DNA of 64,000 bases from the human T2T-CHM13v2.0 reference genome, Homo sapiens, in NCBI RefSeq assembly GCF_009914755.1, contig NC_060931.1. One strand, 5' to 3'. Below the pieces are notes generated by a model. That model had not been told where the DNA came from. It saw nothing but the letters and a program-made list of their open reading frames with translations, and did not search any database. The first letter of the stretch is position 1, and each line of letters begins with the position of its first letter. Of this stretch, positions 27,043-40,480 are shown piece by piece. Both the position numbers and the translations under genes were made by a program.

Positions 27043-28426
27043 TATTTCCATTTTTATAGCTCTGATTAGAGGGGTCAGGATCATAATTTGAAGATACTTT
27101 CCACTGTTAAGTAATTAATTATACACCCAGGGACAAGATATTGACCAACTGGTGGGTCTGCAGTTATTTCATCTATCACTTTATCACATGGCCTCCATGA
27201 TTTCCTACCCTAGCCATATGACTATGAAGGTTTGCTTGCATTAATGTTAGCTCAAACCCCATATCCACCAGTCCTTAAAAAGCCTAATCAGTCTGTTTTA
27301 TTCAGGTATTGTTAGCTTGGAAAGAGTCATGATCCTTTTTAGAAGTACAGGGAGAATATTTATTTCAAATATTTGCAATGATTTTGCAGGATCTTTTGAC
27401 AAAGAAACATAGATGTCCTTTTATTTATGGACTCTGGCTCTGACTTACTCCTGAAAACTGATAGGAAGGAAATTATTTCCTATTGTAAAGGGTAACATAA
27501 GCTTTCTGATCACAATATTTTGATTATTTTATCCACATTCAGCAAAAACCTATTTTTCATCTATATCGTCTCATCAAGCTCCATAATTCCTTAGCCATTG
27601 ACATTTCCCAGCATATCAAGTACACTGGCTACATCCTATTATAGTAACCAGATCAGTTTTGGCTATTAATATTGGTTTATTCCTTTTTGTTGCTGATTCG
27701 TATTTTTTAGAATGATTCTATGAGAAGTTAATAAAAACATTTTTCTGTGGAAGGTAGTTGGGTTGTATCTGTTACTTTTTATTCGTACAAATTAGGCAGC
27801 TATGAACTTTTATGTAAATCTTTTGTATAGAAACGTGCTTTCATTTTCTTTTGGTCAGAGGCACTACCTGAGATGGAGATAGGTGGATTATATGGTAGAT
27901 ATCTGTTTGACATTTTTTGAAACTAGCAAAATTTTATGAATAGGTTTTTCATTTTACAATCACACTAGCAGTGTATGTGGCTTCTTGATCCTCCACGAAC
28001 AATGTTTTTAAATTTCAGCTGTTCTTGTAGGTCTTTAGTGGTATCTCATTTCATTTTTTTTTGAATTTTTCTAATGACTACTGATGTTGAGAATTTTTTC
28101 ATATACTTTTTTGCTACCCATTTATATTCTTTGGCAAATTGATAAAATCTTTTGCCAATATTTATTGGAGTATTTACTTTTTTGAATTTGGAGAGTTTTT
28201 ATATATCTAGGCTAAAAATACCTTGTTAGAATATGATTTGTAGAGGATTATTTTTTCAATCTGTGTCTTGACTTAATTATCTTAATAGTGTTTTCCACAA
28301 AAAATTAAAGTTTGATAAAGTCTACTTTATCAACTATTTTGTAACAATTATAGATTATGCTTTGAGGTTGTATCTAAACATCTTTTCGTAACTTGGGGTT
28401 ATAAATATTTTCTTCTATTTTTTCTT

Positions 28427-28750
28427 TTTCTTTTCTTTTTTTTTTTTTTTTTTTTTTTTTTTGAGATGGAGCCTTGCTCTTTCTCCAGGCTGGAATGGCT
28501 GGAATGCAGTGGTGTGATCTTGGCTCACTTCAACTTCCATCTCTCGGGTTCAAGTTTTTCCTGTCTCAGCCTCCTGAGTAGCTGGGACTACAGGCATGTG
28601 CCACCACACCTGGCTAATTTTTGTATTTTTAGTAAAAATGGGGTTTCACCATGTTGGCCAGGCTGGTCTTGAACTCCTGAACTCAGGTGATCCACTGGCC
28701 TCAGCCTCCCAAAGTGCTGGGATTACAGGTGTGAGCCACTGTGCCCAGCC
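28427..28750 (-). mobile_element. AluS
   Basis: Alu dimer with CpG decay and an internal 9-bp duplication GGCTGGAAT. 16-bp TSD beginning TCTTCTATTTT at 28411-28426 and 28751-28766. Confidence 0.93.
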
Positions 28751-29134
28751 TCTTCTATTTTTTCTTCTAGCAATTTTATAGTTCCACATTTTATACTTTG
28801 TTTTTGATTAATTTTATATTAACTTTCATACATAATCTGAGACATGTATTGAAGTTGGGTTTTTCTTTTCGACATATAGACATTTGTTTTTCATATGTTG
28901 ATAAGACTATTTTTTCTTCCTTGAATCACTTTTTCATGTAAGTGAAAAATCAGTTATGTATATATATATATATATTTGGTCTCTGTATTGGCTATTCTGT
29001 TCTATTGATCTGTTTACATGTCATTAGACTAATACCACACTCTCTTGATTACTGTAGCTTTACAGTGGGTCTCAAATAGGATAACATTAGTATTCCTTCC
29101 TTGTTTATCTTACCAATATTTGGATATTCTAGAT

Positions 29135-29451
29135 CAGCAGTCCCCCAACTTTTTGGCACCAGGGACTTGTTTAGTGGAAGACAATATTTCCTTGGAAAAG
29201 GAGGTTGGGGAGGATGGTTTAGGCATGAAACTGTTCTACCTTAGATGATCAGGCATTAGATTCTCAGAAGGAGTACGCGACCTAGATGCCTCGCATATGC
29301 GGTTCACAGTAGGGTTTGTGCTCCTATGAGAATCTAATACTGCTGCTGATCTGATGGGAGGCAGAGCTCAGGCAGGAATGCTCGCTCACCTGCCACTCAC
29401 CTCCTGTGCGGGTCAGTTTCTAACAGGCCACAGACTGGCTGGGGACCCTTT
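29135..29451 (+). mobile_element. MER1B hAT-Charlie element
   Basis: Begins CAGCAGTCCCCAACTTTTTGGCACCAGGGAC and ends GGGGACCCTT; 8-bp TSD TTCTAGAT/TTCTAGAA. Confidence 0.88.
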
Positions 29452-29849
29452 TTCTAGAAAACTTACATTTTCATATGAGTTTTAAAATTTGTTTGTCAAT
29501 ATGTATAATAATGTTTGCCGAAATTTTCATTGGGAGTCTGTTGAACCTGTAGGACAAATTAAGGCAACACAATTTAATTCTAGCAATACTGAGCATGTTA
29601 TATCTATTTTTTTAATCTCCCTTTAGTAATTCCTCTCAGAAATTCTTTGTATTTTTAACTATATTCATCACATTCTATGTCAGATGTATTTCTAAGTAAT
29701 TATTTCAATGACATTGTGTATAATATTGCTATTTTACATTTTTTCTGATTTTTCGTTGCTACTGTAAAGAAATTTAATTTATTTTTGCATATTTATTTTT
29801 TATTCTGAAAGTATCTGAAGTCACTTACTTGATATAAGACTTCAGTCAT

Positions 29850-30137
29850 TTGTTATGTGGTCTTTTACAAAAGCTCCTTGAATATCCTTGTAATATGGTA
29901 GCTGGCTTCCCCAAAGAGTGAGTGATTCAAGAGAGAAAAAGAACTCACCCAAGATAGAAATCACAGTCTTCCTATACATAAATATCAGAAATGACACCCC
30001 ATACTATCTGGTGTATTCCACTCACTAGAAACCTATTACTAAACACAAACCATACTCAAGGTGAAGAATACTTAGGTCTGTCTTTTGAGTTAAGAAATAC
30101 TATAAAATGTGTGGATATATATTTTTTAAACCACCAG
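29850..30137 (-). mobile_element. MLT1F/G-like LTR fragment
   Basis: GGTAGCTGGCTTCCCC...GAGTGATTCAAGAGAG and terminal TTTTAAACCACCA. Confidence 0.6.
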
Positions 30138-31734
30138 GTATATTAATGAAAATCATTTTTTTTCTGGTTTATTTGTTATTCAGCCCTGTTTATTTGTACC
30201 CTTTCTACATTAAAAGTTGCTATTTTTTCTGGAACCAAATGATTATTTCTTGTCATCTCTGCTTGTATGCTGTATAAAGAATGACCTTACAGAATATTCT
30301 ATTTTGTCATTTCTATTTGTAATATTGCTTTACTATTTTGAACACAAAATATTCAATTATTTTGTTAATCTTGAAATCAGCATGACACATCAGGTCTTCT
30401 GGTTATAAAATATTAGTGGATAAATATTGGTACAATAATGTTATAAATGCATTAGATAAAATTATATGAAGGAATAATGAGATAACTTTAAGATGTATAT
30501 AATGCAATTATTATTAATTTAGTACATGGTAGAAAATAGAAAATGTAAAAGTTACATTTAGATACACTTATGTTAATAAGAAAAACTTTATTAAGGGCCG
30601 CTGAAGACTAGAAAAATATATACAAATATAATCTCAATCTCTCCATATGTATATACACCCACACATGTATGCACATATATACAAGTGAATATTCATGCAC
30701 CTAAATAGAGATTATCATAAAGTGAAACTTGCAAAAATTTGCCACAATATATTAGCAATGACCATCTCTACTTAGGAAACTTGTAAATAATAGGTGATTG
30801 TTTTTCTTTATAAATGTGTTTATTTTTATTTTTTTTTAAATGTCCGTGCATGATTTGTGAATTGAAAACCTTTGGAGAAGAAAGAGAAATGTTTTATTTC
30901 AAATAGTGGGGCAACTAGAAGAAAATGGAGAGGACAGAAAGCTCAGCTCTACCTCTTTCCTCCACAGTGATCTTTAGAGTGTTTTAATTCTGTGAAGGAG
31001 GTCAAAGCACATCCTCTGAGGGCAGGTGAAGGAGGTAAATGGAATGCTGGGGGTGAAGGCACTTCATGCAGTCCCTAGAATTTATCAAGGCCTCAACAAT
31101 TGTTGGTTGTATTAGAATTTGAGCTGCAGGGTTTAAACTTTAAACACTATTCCTCCCACCTTCATTACAAATTGATCGCCAAGGACATTCTGTTTTGTTT
31201 TTCTTCTTTATTTTATTATTATTTTTAAGCAGGCATTTCCACAATTGAACTACTTTGCCTCGTTTTCAGTACTTGTACACTAACCCAGGCCCCCTTCCAC
31301 ATGCTCAGTGATGATTAGTAAAATGCAATATGGGACAGCATGCATTGAGATAATGTATCTAATCCCTTTGGGCCCTAGTGGAAGATGGGGAATGTTAGTC
31401 TCCTCGGCTTCTGTTTTCTCCTGGAGGAAGGGCATTGGTCATTTCTCAGATTATTTCATATGAATGCACACATTTTTATAGCTGAGCTATCTTGCTGTTG
31501 TCAGGATAATGTCTGGACAACTGTCACCTTCTCTCCTTTGGAAGCTGAAACCCTATGTTTCTTTAAGGACTACTATATGTATTCTCCCCTGGAAAGAGCT
31601 TCTTACATTACTCCAAAACAAAATGCTCACATTTCTTCTGGCTATATTCAGCATTTACAATCACAGTGTGAGCAGGGCAGCATTTCCCCATCCATGATTG
31701 TTGTTGTGGCAGATAATGTACTGACATATTTATA

Positions 31735-32053
31735 TTGTATTTATTTATTTATTTTTATTTACTTTTACAGACAGGATCTTGCTCTGTAGCCCAGGCTGGA
31801 GTGCAATAGCCTCATCTTGGCTCACTGAAGCCTTGAACTCCTGGGTTCAAGCAATTCTCCTACCTCAGCCTCCAGAGTATCGAGTGCTATAGGTACACAC
31901 CACCATGCCTGGCTAATTTTTTATTTTTATTTTTGCAGAGACGGGGTCTCATTTTGTTGCCCGAAATAATCTCAAACTCCTGGTTTCAAGTGATCCTCCC
32001 ACTTCAGTCTCCCAAAGTGCTGGGATTACAGGTGTGAGCTACTGAGCCTGGCC
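31735..32053 (-). mobile_element. AluJ
   Basis: Diverged Alu with J-type GCCTTGAACTCCTGGG and a decayed (TTTA)n tail. Confidence 0.9.
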
Positions 32054-33192
32054 TTATTTTCATTTTTATTGTTACTGTTTTTTAATCCCTTTCTCTATAC
32101 TCCAGTTCAGGCAGGGAGACTCTATGCCATTTCTTTCCCTATATGTTACAGCAGGAAAGCATAGAAAAGATGTTTCTAGACACAGAAGAACTTGGAAAAT
32201 AAAAAATAATTTAATAAAAGCACATATTGAATAAGGCTAATGCTTTGCACATCCTAAATTGCGTGTGAATCCTTATGGCTTTTGATCTCTGAGAAAGAGA
32301 GAGCTATGCCCTGCTTCCAGTGAGAGGACTAGGACAGCAGTACAGCCATCAGAACAAGGCTGTGTCCTCACACTCAATAATAGAGCAGAGAGTTGATAAA
32401 ACTCCAGAATAGAAAGGGTGGCTGTAAAGTGTGTTTATGCAGGTGGACCTGACGTGGCCTCCCAATTTTCTGCAGTCCAAGAACAGTAAGATGATGTTTT
32501 CTATCCCATTATGACAATGCAGTAAATGATCAGAAACATTAGACAGAAGCCTGAAGGGTTAGAATGTGTGCAATGCAATGACTTGTGTGCACCAACAAAT
32601 GAGAAATAGGTGGAATTTTGCAAATCTCAGCATCAGTGGAGTAGAAAAATTATCCAGAAGATCCTCTTCCCCAGTGTGTTGATACCATGCTAGTCACTTC
32701 GAACTCAGATGCAACCAAGAGGGCCAGTGGATGGCAGGAGCTTTTATCATACAAAAGAATGGGGAATTGAAATGGAAATTAAGTTGAACTCTAGATAACC
32801 AGAGAAAGTTAAACTTTTCCAAATGAGTTTGTGTGCTGAGATTTCTACTGCTATAAAATATAAGGTGCTTGTTTAATTTGGTAAGATAAGGAGAAAGCAC
32901 TTAAGGTTTATCTGGGCTTAAGGAAAATTAATGTGGTAAGAGTCAAAGAATCACTAGATGGGAATTACTAAAACATTCAACCATGGCTGGGCTGTAAGGA
33001 GTGAGATGCAATAAATTCACCCTGAGGAAGGAGGAGAGCCAAGCAAGATTACTCATCTGAGAGTTTTGACTCTGATATAAGCAACTTTTTGACCACATGT
33101 TGCTATTTGATCTGCAGGCTTTTCACGTGTAAAATTAATTTAAACAAAAACTAATCATTTCTAAGGACCTACCAATGTCTTGGAATGTAGAC

Positions 33193-33348
33193 CAGTGATT
33201 TTCAAAGCAGTTCCAGCAGCTCCAACTGGCTACTTGTAAAAATGCAAATCCTATCTACTGAATCAGAAACTCAGAATGGGGCCCTACACTTAGCCTTTTA
33301 ATAAGCCCTGCAGGTGATTCTGATACACATTAATGTTAACAACTATTG
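33193..33348. mobile_element. MER5A hAT-Charlie MITE
   Basis: CAGTGATTTTCAAA terminus, AAATGCAAAT, CTACTGAATCAGAAACTC and CAGGTGATTCTGAT; TAGA-centred target site. Confidence 0.75.
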
Positions 33349-35380
33349 GTCTAGATACTGAAAGCTAACTTCTAGCAGTTGCTGTGAATGAAATGTTATG
33401 ATAAAGGAATATTACACTTTTACAGCACAAAAAAATTGACTATGATATAATTACATGCAGACATGGATACTAAAAAATTTTCAGTAACTGGGGAGGAGGC
33501 AGAGCAAGAGAGCAGAAGAGAAAGCCCCACCAATTGTACACCACTCCTCTCAACTGGAAGGAAACCAAGTTAACAATTACTTACATAAAAAAGTACCTTC
33601 ATAAGGACCAAAAATCAGGTGAACACTCATAGTACCTGGTTTCAACTTCATATTGCTGAAAGAGGCACTGAAGAGATAGAAAAAACAGCTCTAAGTTGCC
33701 AAGGCCACCACTCCCTGACCCTGGCAGAAACAGCTTGGTGCTGAGCATTAGGGGAGGGAGAACACAGCAATTGTGAAGCATTGAGCTCAGTGCTGTTCTG
33801 TTACAGCAGAAAGGAAAACCAAACCAAACTCAACTGATGCTTGCCCATAGAGGGAGCATTTAAACCAGCCCTAAACAGAGGGGAATGACTGGTCCCAGCA
33901 GTCCACAGTTGAGTCCTGCAAACCTCCACCAAGGGCTATAGCTCTCTGTGTCTACAAGTAAACTTGAGAGACAGTATAGGTCATAAGGACTGCAACTCTT
34001 AAGCAAGTCCTAGTGCTGAACTAGGCCCAGTGACAGTGGACTGGGGGTGCATGTGACATATTGAGACACAAGTGGCAGTGGCCAAGTGAGTCCTGGCTCA
34101 CCCCTTCCCTAACTGCAGGCTGCACAGCTCATGGCTCCAAAAGAGACCTCTTCCCTCTGCTTGAGTGGAGGAGAAGGAAGAATGTGGAGAATTTTATCTT
34201 GCATCTAGGATACCAGCTCAGCTACACCAAGATAGAGCACTGGTCAGAGTCATGAGGTCCCCATTCCAGGCCCTGGTTCCCAGATGACATTTCTAGACAT
34301 ACCTTGAGCCAGAAGGGAACCTGATGCCTTGAAGGACAGGACCCAGTCTTAGCAGCATTCATCATCTGCTAAATAAAGAGCTGTTGGGCCCTGAATAACC
34401 AGAAATGTTACCCAGGTCAAAGGCCTTGGTGATCCTTTGAAACTTGCTGGCTTCAGGCGAGACTCAGCACATTACCAGCTGTGGTGGCTCTGGGTCAAAA
34501 TGCCTTCTGCTTGAGAAAAGTAGAGGGAGAGATTTTGTCTTGCAGCTTAGGTACCAGCATGGCCAAAGGCAGGTAGAACACCAAGCTTGACCAAGCAGGT
34601 CAAGAAATGCCATCCAGGACCTCACTCTTAGATAGCAATTCTGGACCTGCCCTTGGCCAGAGGGAAGTCCACTGCCCTGAAATGTGAGTCCCAGGCCAGT
34701 CAGCATTCATGACAAGCTGAAATAAGAGACCTTGGATTTTAAGAGAACATCAGTGGTAGTATGGCAGTACCCCTCATGGCCTGGGGTGGTGGTGGCTACA
34801 AGGTAAGGATCCTATGCCTTTGGAAAGGGAAAGGAAGGACTGTGTCTTGTGGTTTGAGTGCCAGCTCAGCCACAATACAATAGAACACCAATTAGATTTC
34901 GAGGGTTTTTGACTCTAGTCCCTGACTCCCTACCAACCCAGAGACCGGGGGACCTTGCACCCTGAAGGGAAAGACACAGGCTTGGCTGGCTTTGCCACCT
35001 GCTGATTTCAGAGCTCCAGGGCCTTGAGTGAACACAGGCAGTAACCAAGGAGTGGTTACAGCAGGCCTTGGGTGAGAACCAGTGTTGTGCTGGTTTCAGG
35101 GCCAGGACTCAGGTCTGTGCTGGCTTCATAGTAGTGTTGGTCCCAGGAATGCTTGTGTCACTCTTTCCCTAGCTCCAAGTGGTTCAGAACAGAGAGTGAG
35201 AGAGACTATGTATGTTTGGAAGAAAGTAAGAGAAGAGAACAAGAGTCTCTGCTTAGAAATCCAGAGAATTCTCCCGGAATATGTCCAAGATTATCAAGGT
35301 GGTACTTCTATAAGTCTACAAGATCCACAGCATTACTGGGCTTAGGGTGCCCCTAAAGCAGATACAGCTAGAGCACATAG

Positions 35381-35400
35381 ATTACTTTTGCACCAACCTA
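35381..35400. mobile_element. Isolated MADE1/Hsmar1 TIR fragment
   Basis: ATTACTTTTGCACCAACCTA, identical to 25213-25232, followed by TA. Confidence 0.8.
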
Positions 35401-36408
35401 TAGCTGTGCTGAGGAAATTCAAAGATATTCAAGATAACACAGAGAAGGAATTCAGAATTCTATCAGACGAATTTAACAAAGATATTGACATAAATTAAAA
35501 AGAATTAAGTAGACATTTTAGGCCTAAAAGGTGCAGTTGACATACTGAAGAATGCATCAGAGTCCTTTAATAGGAGAACTGATCAAACAGAAGAAACAAT
35601 TAGTGAGCTTAAAGACAGTCTATTTGAAAATGCACAGTCAGAGGAGACAAAAGAAATAAGAATAAAAACAATGAAATATGCTTACAAGATCTACCAAATT
35701 GCCTCAAAAGGACAAATCTAAGAGTTATCAGACTTAAAGGGGAGGTAGAGGAAGAGATAGGGGTAGAAATTTTATTCAAAGAACAATAACAGGGAACTTC
35801 TCAAACCTAGAGAAATATATCAATATCCAAGTACAAGAAGGTTATACTACACCAAGTAAATTTAACCCAAACAAGACTGCCTCAAGGGATTTAATAATCA
35901 AAGTATGAAAGGTCTAGAATAAAGAAAGGATCCTAAAAACAACTAGAGAGAAAAAAAAAACAACACAAAACAAATAACATACAATACATGTGGCAGCAGA
36001 CTTTTCTGTGGAAACCTTATGGGCCAAAAGAGACTGGCAAGACAAATTTAAGTGCTGAGGAAAAAAAAATAAAAAACAAAACAATAACAACAAAAAAGTT
36101 GTGCTATAGAATAGTATATCTAGCAAAAATATCCTTCAAACATGAAGGAGAAATAAAGACCTTCCCAGACAAACAGAAGCTGAGGGATTCCATCAATACT
36201 AGATCTGTCCTACAAGAAATGTTAAAAGGAGTACATTTATAGTGAAGGACCTTAATGAGCAATAAATAATCACCTGAAGGTACAAAACTCATTGATTATA
36301 ATAAGTAGACAGAAAAACACAGCATATTGTAACACTGTAACTGTGGTGTGTAAACTACTCTTATCTTAAGTAGAAAGACTGAACGATGAACCAGTCAAAA
36401 ATAATAGC

Positions 36409-36510
36409 TACAACTTTTCTAGAAATAATCAGAACAATAAGATACAACTTTTCTAGAAATAATCAGAACAATAAGATACAACTTTTCTAGAAATAATCAG
36501 AACAATAAGA
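36409..36510. repeat. 34-bp minisatellite, 3 perfect copies
   Basis: (TACAACTTTTCTAGAAATAATCAGAACAATAAGA)x3. Confidence 0.97.
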
Positions 36511-39500
36511 TATAAATAGAAACAACAAAAAGTTAAAAACTGGGGGACACAGATAAAGTGTAGAGTTCATATTCATTTTATTTTTGCTTGTTTGTTTATG
36601 CAAATAGCTGTAAGTGGTTATTGGGTTTACATAATAGTTTATAAGAGAGTAGTTAAAGTAACAGTTTATAAGGAGTATTTGCAGCCTCACGGTAACCTCA
36701 AGCCAAAAAACATACAATGGATACACAAAAAATAAAAAACAAGAAGTTAAATCATATCATCAGAGAAAAGCACCTTTACCAGGGAAAGACAGGAATGAAA
36801 GAAAGAATGAAGAGAAGATCATAAAACAACCAGAACACAAATAACAAAATGGCAGGAGTAAGTACCTATCAATAATAGCATTAAATGTAAATTGACTTAC
36901 CTCTCCAATCAAAAGACATAGACTGTGTGAATAAATGAAAAAAACAAGACCCATTCATCTGTTGCCTACAAGAAACATACTTCACCTACAAAGACACACA
37001 TCAACTGAAAATGAAAGGATGTAAAAAGATATTTCATGCCAATGAAAGCCAAAAAAAAAAAAAAACCCAGCAGAAATAGCTATACTTATAGAAGACAAAA
37101 TAGATATCAAGACAAAAACTATTAGAAGAGACAAAGTCAATTAGTATATAATGATAAAGGGGTCAATTCAACAAGAAGATATAACAATTATAAATACACG
37201 TGCACTCAATGCTGGAGCAGTACCCAGGTATGTAAAAGAAATATTGTTAGCGCTAAAGAGAGATAGAGCCCCCAGTGCAATACTAGCTGGAGACTTCAAC
37301 ATCCCCTTTCTGAATTGGACTGATCTTCTAGACAGAATATCAACAAAGGAACATTGGACTTAATCTGTAATATAGAAGAAATGGATCTGATAGATATTTA
37401 CAGAACATTTCATCCAATGTCTGCACAATAAACACTCTTCTCAGCACATGAATCATTCTATAGGATAGGCTATAAGTTACATCCCAAAGCAAGTCTTAAA
37501 AAATTCAAAAAATTAAAATAATATCAAGCATCTTCTCTCACCACAATGGAATAACATTCAAAATTAATAACGAGGAATTTTAGAAACTGTACAAATACAT
37601 GGAAATGAAACAAAATACTCCTGAATGACCAGTGGGTCAATGACAAAATTAAGAAGAAACAAAAATGTCTTGAAACAAATGATAATGGAAACACAACATA
37701 CAAAAATCTATGGGACACAACAAAAGCAGTAATAAGAGGGAAGCACCTACATTAAAGAAGAGGAAAATCTTCCAATGAACAATTGAATGATGTACCTTAA
37801 AGAACTAGAAAAGCAAAGCAAGAGAAAACCAAACCCACAATTAGTAGAAGAAAAGACATAATAAAGATCCAGAGAATCAAATAAATGAAATTGAAATTTA
37901 AAAAATACAAGCGATCAAAGAAACAAAAAGTTGGTTTTTTGAGAAGTTAAACAAAACTGACAATCCTTTAGCCAGGCTAAGAAAAAAAGAGGGAAGATCC
38001 AAATAAATAAATTCAGAAATAAAAAAGGAGACATTACAACTGTTACTGATGAAATTCAAATGATCATTAGCGGCTACTACGAACAACTATACACCAAAAA
38101 AATTTGTAACATCTAGAAAAAATAAAGAAATTCCTAGAGACATACAGCCTATCAAGATCAAACCAAGAAGAAATCCAAAACCTTAATAGACCAGTAAAAA
38201 GCAACAAGATTGAAACTGTAATAGAAAGTCTCCCAGTAAAGAAAAGCCTGAGAGCTGATAGCTTCACTGCTGAACTCTGCCAAACATTTAAAGAAGAACT
38301 AATAACAATCGTACTCAAAAACTATTTCAAAATGTGGGGGATGGAATACTTCCAAACTCATTCTACAAGGCCAGTATTATCTTGATCCAAAAACCAGACA
38401 AAGATACATCAAAAAAAGGAAACTACATGCCAACAACTCTGATGAATCCTCAACAAAATACTAGCAAACTGAATTGAACAACATATTAGAAAGATCATTA
38501 AACATGACCAAGTGGGATTTATCCCTGAGATACAAGGATGGCTCAACATACACAAATCAATCAATGTAATGCATCATATCAACAGAATGGAGGATAAAAA
38601 CCATATGATCATTTCAATTGATGCTGAAAAATCATCTGATAAAATTCATTATCCCTTCATGATAAAAACAAAAAACAGGATAGAAGGAACATACATCAAC
38701 ATAATAAATATGCAATGTAAGTATGTGACAGACCTACAGCTAGTATCATATTAGATGGAAAAAAAAAATTGACAGCTTTTCTTCTAAGAACTGAAACACT
38801 AGAAAGACGCCAACTGTCACCACTGTTATTCAACATAGTACTGGAAGTCCTAACTAGAGCAATCACAAGAGAAAGATATAAAGGGCATCCAAATTGGAAT
38901 GGAAGAAGTAAAATTATTCCTGTTTGCTGATGATGTAATTTTACATTTGGGAAAACCTAAAGACTCCACAAGACAACTATTAGAATTTATAAACAAATAC
39001 AGTAAAGTTGCAGAATACAAAATCAACATACAAAAATTAGCAGCATTTCTATATGCCAACCGTAAATGATATAAAAAAAATTTTAAAGTAGTCCCATTTA
39101 CAATAGCCATACCTAAAATTACATATCTTAGAATTAACCAAACAAGTGAAAGATGTCTACAATGAAAATTATAAAACACTGATGAAGGAAATTGAAGGGG
39201 ACACTAAAAAATAGAAAATATTCCATATTCATGGACTGGAAGGATCAGTATTTCTACAATGTCTATACTACCCAAAGCAATCTACAGATACAATTCAATC
39301 AGTATCAAAATACCATGACATTCTTCACAGAAATAGAGAAAACAATTCTAAAATTTATATGGAACCACAAAAGACTCAGAATAGCCAAATCTATCCTAAG
39401 CAAAAACAATGAAAATCACATTACCCAACTTCAAATTATACTACATAGCTGTAGTATCCAAAACAGCATGGCACTGGCATAAACAAAGACACATAGAAAA

Positions 39501-39709
39501 ATGGAACAGAATAAAGAATTCAGAAACAAATCCACTCACCTATTGTGAACTCATTTTTGACAAAGTTGCCAAGAACATACACTGAGGAAAAGATATTTTC
39601 CAAGGTCACATACCTTTTAAGTGGTAGACTTAAAATTAGAGCAATATTTCGAAGAAGTTACACAAAACTATAGGAGCCTATCTTAGGAATTATCTAGCTC
39701 TATATTGAG

Positions 39710-39920
39710 AGCAGGGGTAAGAGTCAGATCATCTGGATGGAATCTCAAGGCACTTTTAAAAGCTGTGTAACAATGGGAAATTGCCATACCCTTATTAGGG
39801 CTTAGTTTTCTCATCCATGAAATGGGACTACTAAAAGCTCCATCTCACAATAGAATTAAATAAGCTGACATACATAAAGGCCTTAGGCACAGAGAAAATT
39901 ATACACAAATGTTTACAATA
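39710..39920 (+). mobile_element. MIR
   Basis: GAGTCAGA...GGCTTAGTTTTCTCATCCATGAAATGGG...AAGGCCTTAGGCACAG. Confidence 0.65.
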
Positions 39921-40099
39921 GTTGTGACCTACTTCTTCTTTACAAAGGAGGTATTGGATGTCCCCAAGAGGGAAGGAGCTTGCATATAATTACTCAAAAA
40001 ATTAACTTAGGAACTTGAACCTGATCCTATTTGCAGCAGAAAAAGCAAAAAATAATAAGTCTCTAACCAATGTAGAAGAAAATTAGAAGGATTCTTGAA

Positions 40100-40480
40100 T
40101 TATGTAGGAAACTGTCTCCCACAATAGACTTGAAGTCGGCTGGGATGAGGGAGAGAGAGGGATGGACATGGATAGCATCCAGGTTTGGAGCTTGGTTAAC
40201 CACAAGAAATTGGATCAGAAATACAGAATGAATTATTTCAAGTTTATGAGCCATAGGATGAGTTCAGTTTGGCATTTGTTGGTTTTGAGATGCCCATGAA
40301 ATATCCCAGAGGGTTTGTCTAATACTTGCTTACACATGGGCCTGATTGTTCATGGTTGGGCGTAGGATTGGAAGACAGCAGTATAATGCTGGTAACTGCA
40401 GCCTTGCCTGTGGGAGAGAGAGAATACAGAGTGGTAAAAGAGCCAGACTGGAACTTAGGGTGAGGCAAAAAGGATGAAAG
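40100..40480 (-). mobile_element. L2 fragment
   Basis: ATGAGTTCAGTTTGG...GTTGGTTTTGAGATGCCCATGAAATATCC resembles L2 in antisense. Confidence 0.55.

Larger units (their letters stand above)
23812..27700 (-). mobile_element. Decayed ERVL-class provirus (LTR33/LTR16-like end plus internal pro-pol remnants)
   Basis: Minus-strand remnants of ERVL Pol motifs in proviral order: GLVDMGFELTLM (~27240-27275; cf. LLDTGSELTLIP protease), EKAKWKYLK (~26583-26611) and VHCTNGIILMG (25863-25895; cf. VHYIDDIMLIG RT). Confidence 0.7.
27760..29830 (-). mobile_element. Ancient L1M 3' region (fragmented)
   Basis: T-rich antisense L1 motifs (AGTGGTATCTCATT, TGATGTTGAGAATTTTTTCAT, CTTGATTACTGTAGCTTTA), interrupted by an Alu and MER1B. 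Confidence 0.65.
33491..39598 (+). mobile_element. L1MA1-3-like element with 5'UTR, ORF1 and most of ORF2; 3' end missing
   Basis: 5' end GGGGAGGAGGCAGAGCAAG...CCAAAAATCAGGTGAACACTCATAGTACCTGG. ORF1 C-terminus (AKISFKHEGEIKTFPDKQKLR) and ORF2 fragments ([33 protein letters not shown]). It stops abruptly at ~39598. Confidence 0.88.

Noticed and set aside
31385-31789. 134-aa plus-strand ORF
   Set aside because: No recognisable domain, composition is random-like, and it runs into an AluJ tail.
36409-36510. 34-bp repeats as a CRISPR-like array
   Set aside because: The units are directly adjacent with no spacers, inside a primate L1; it is a minisatellite.
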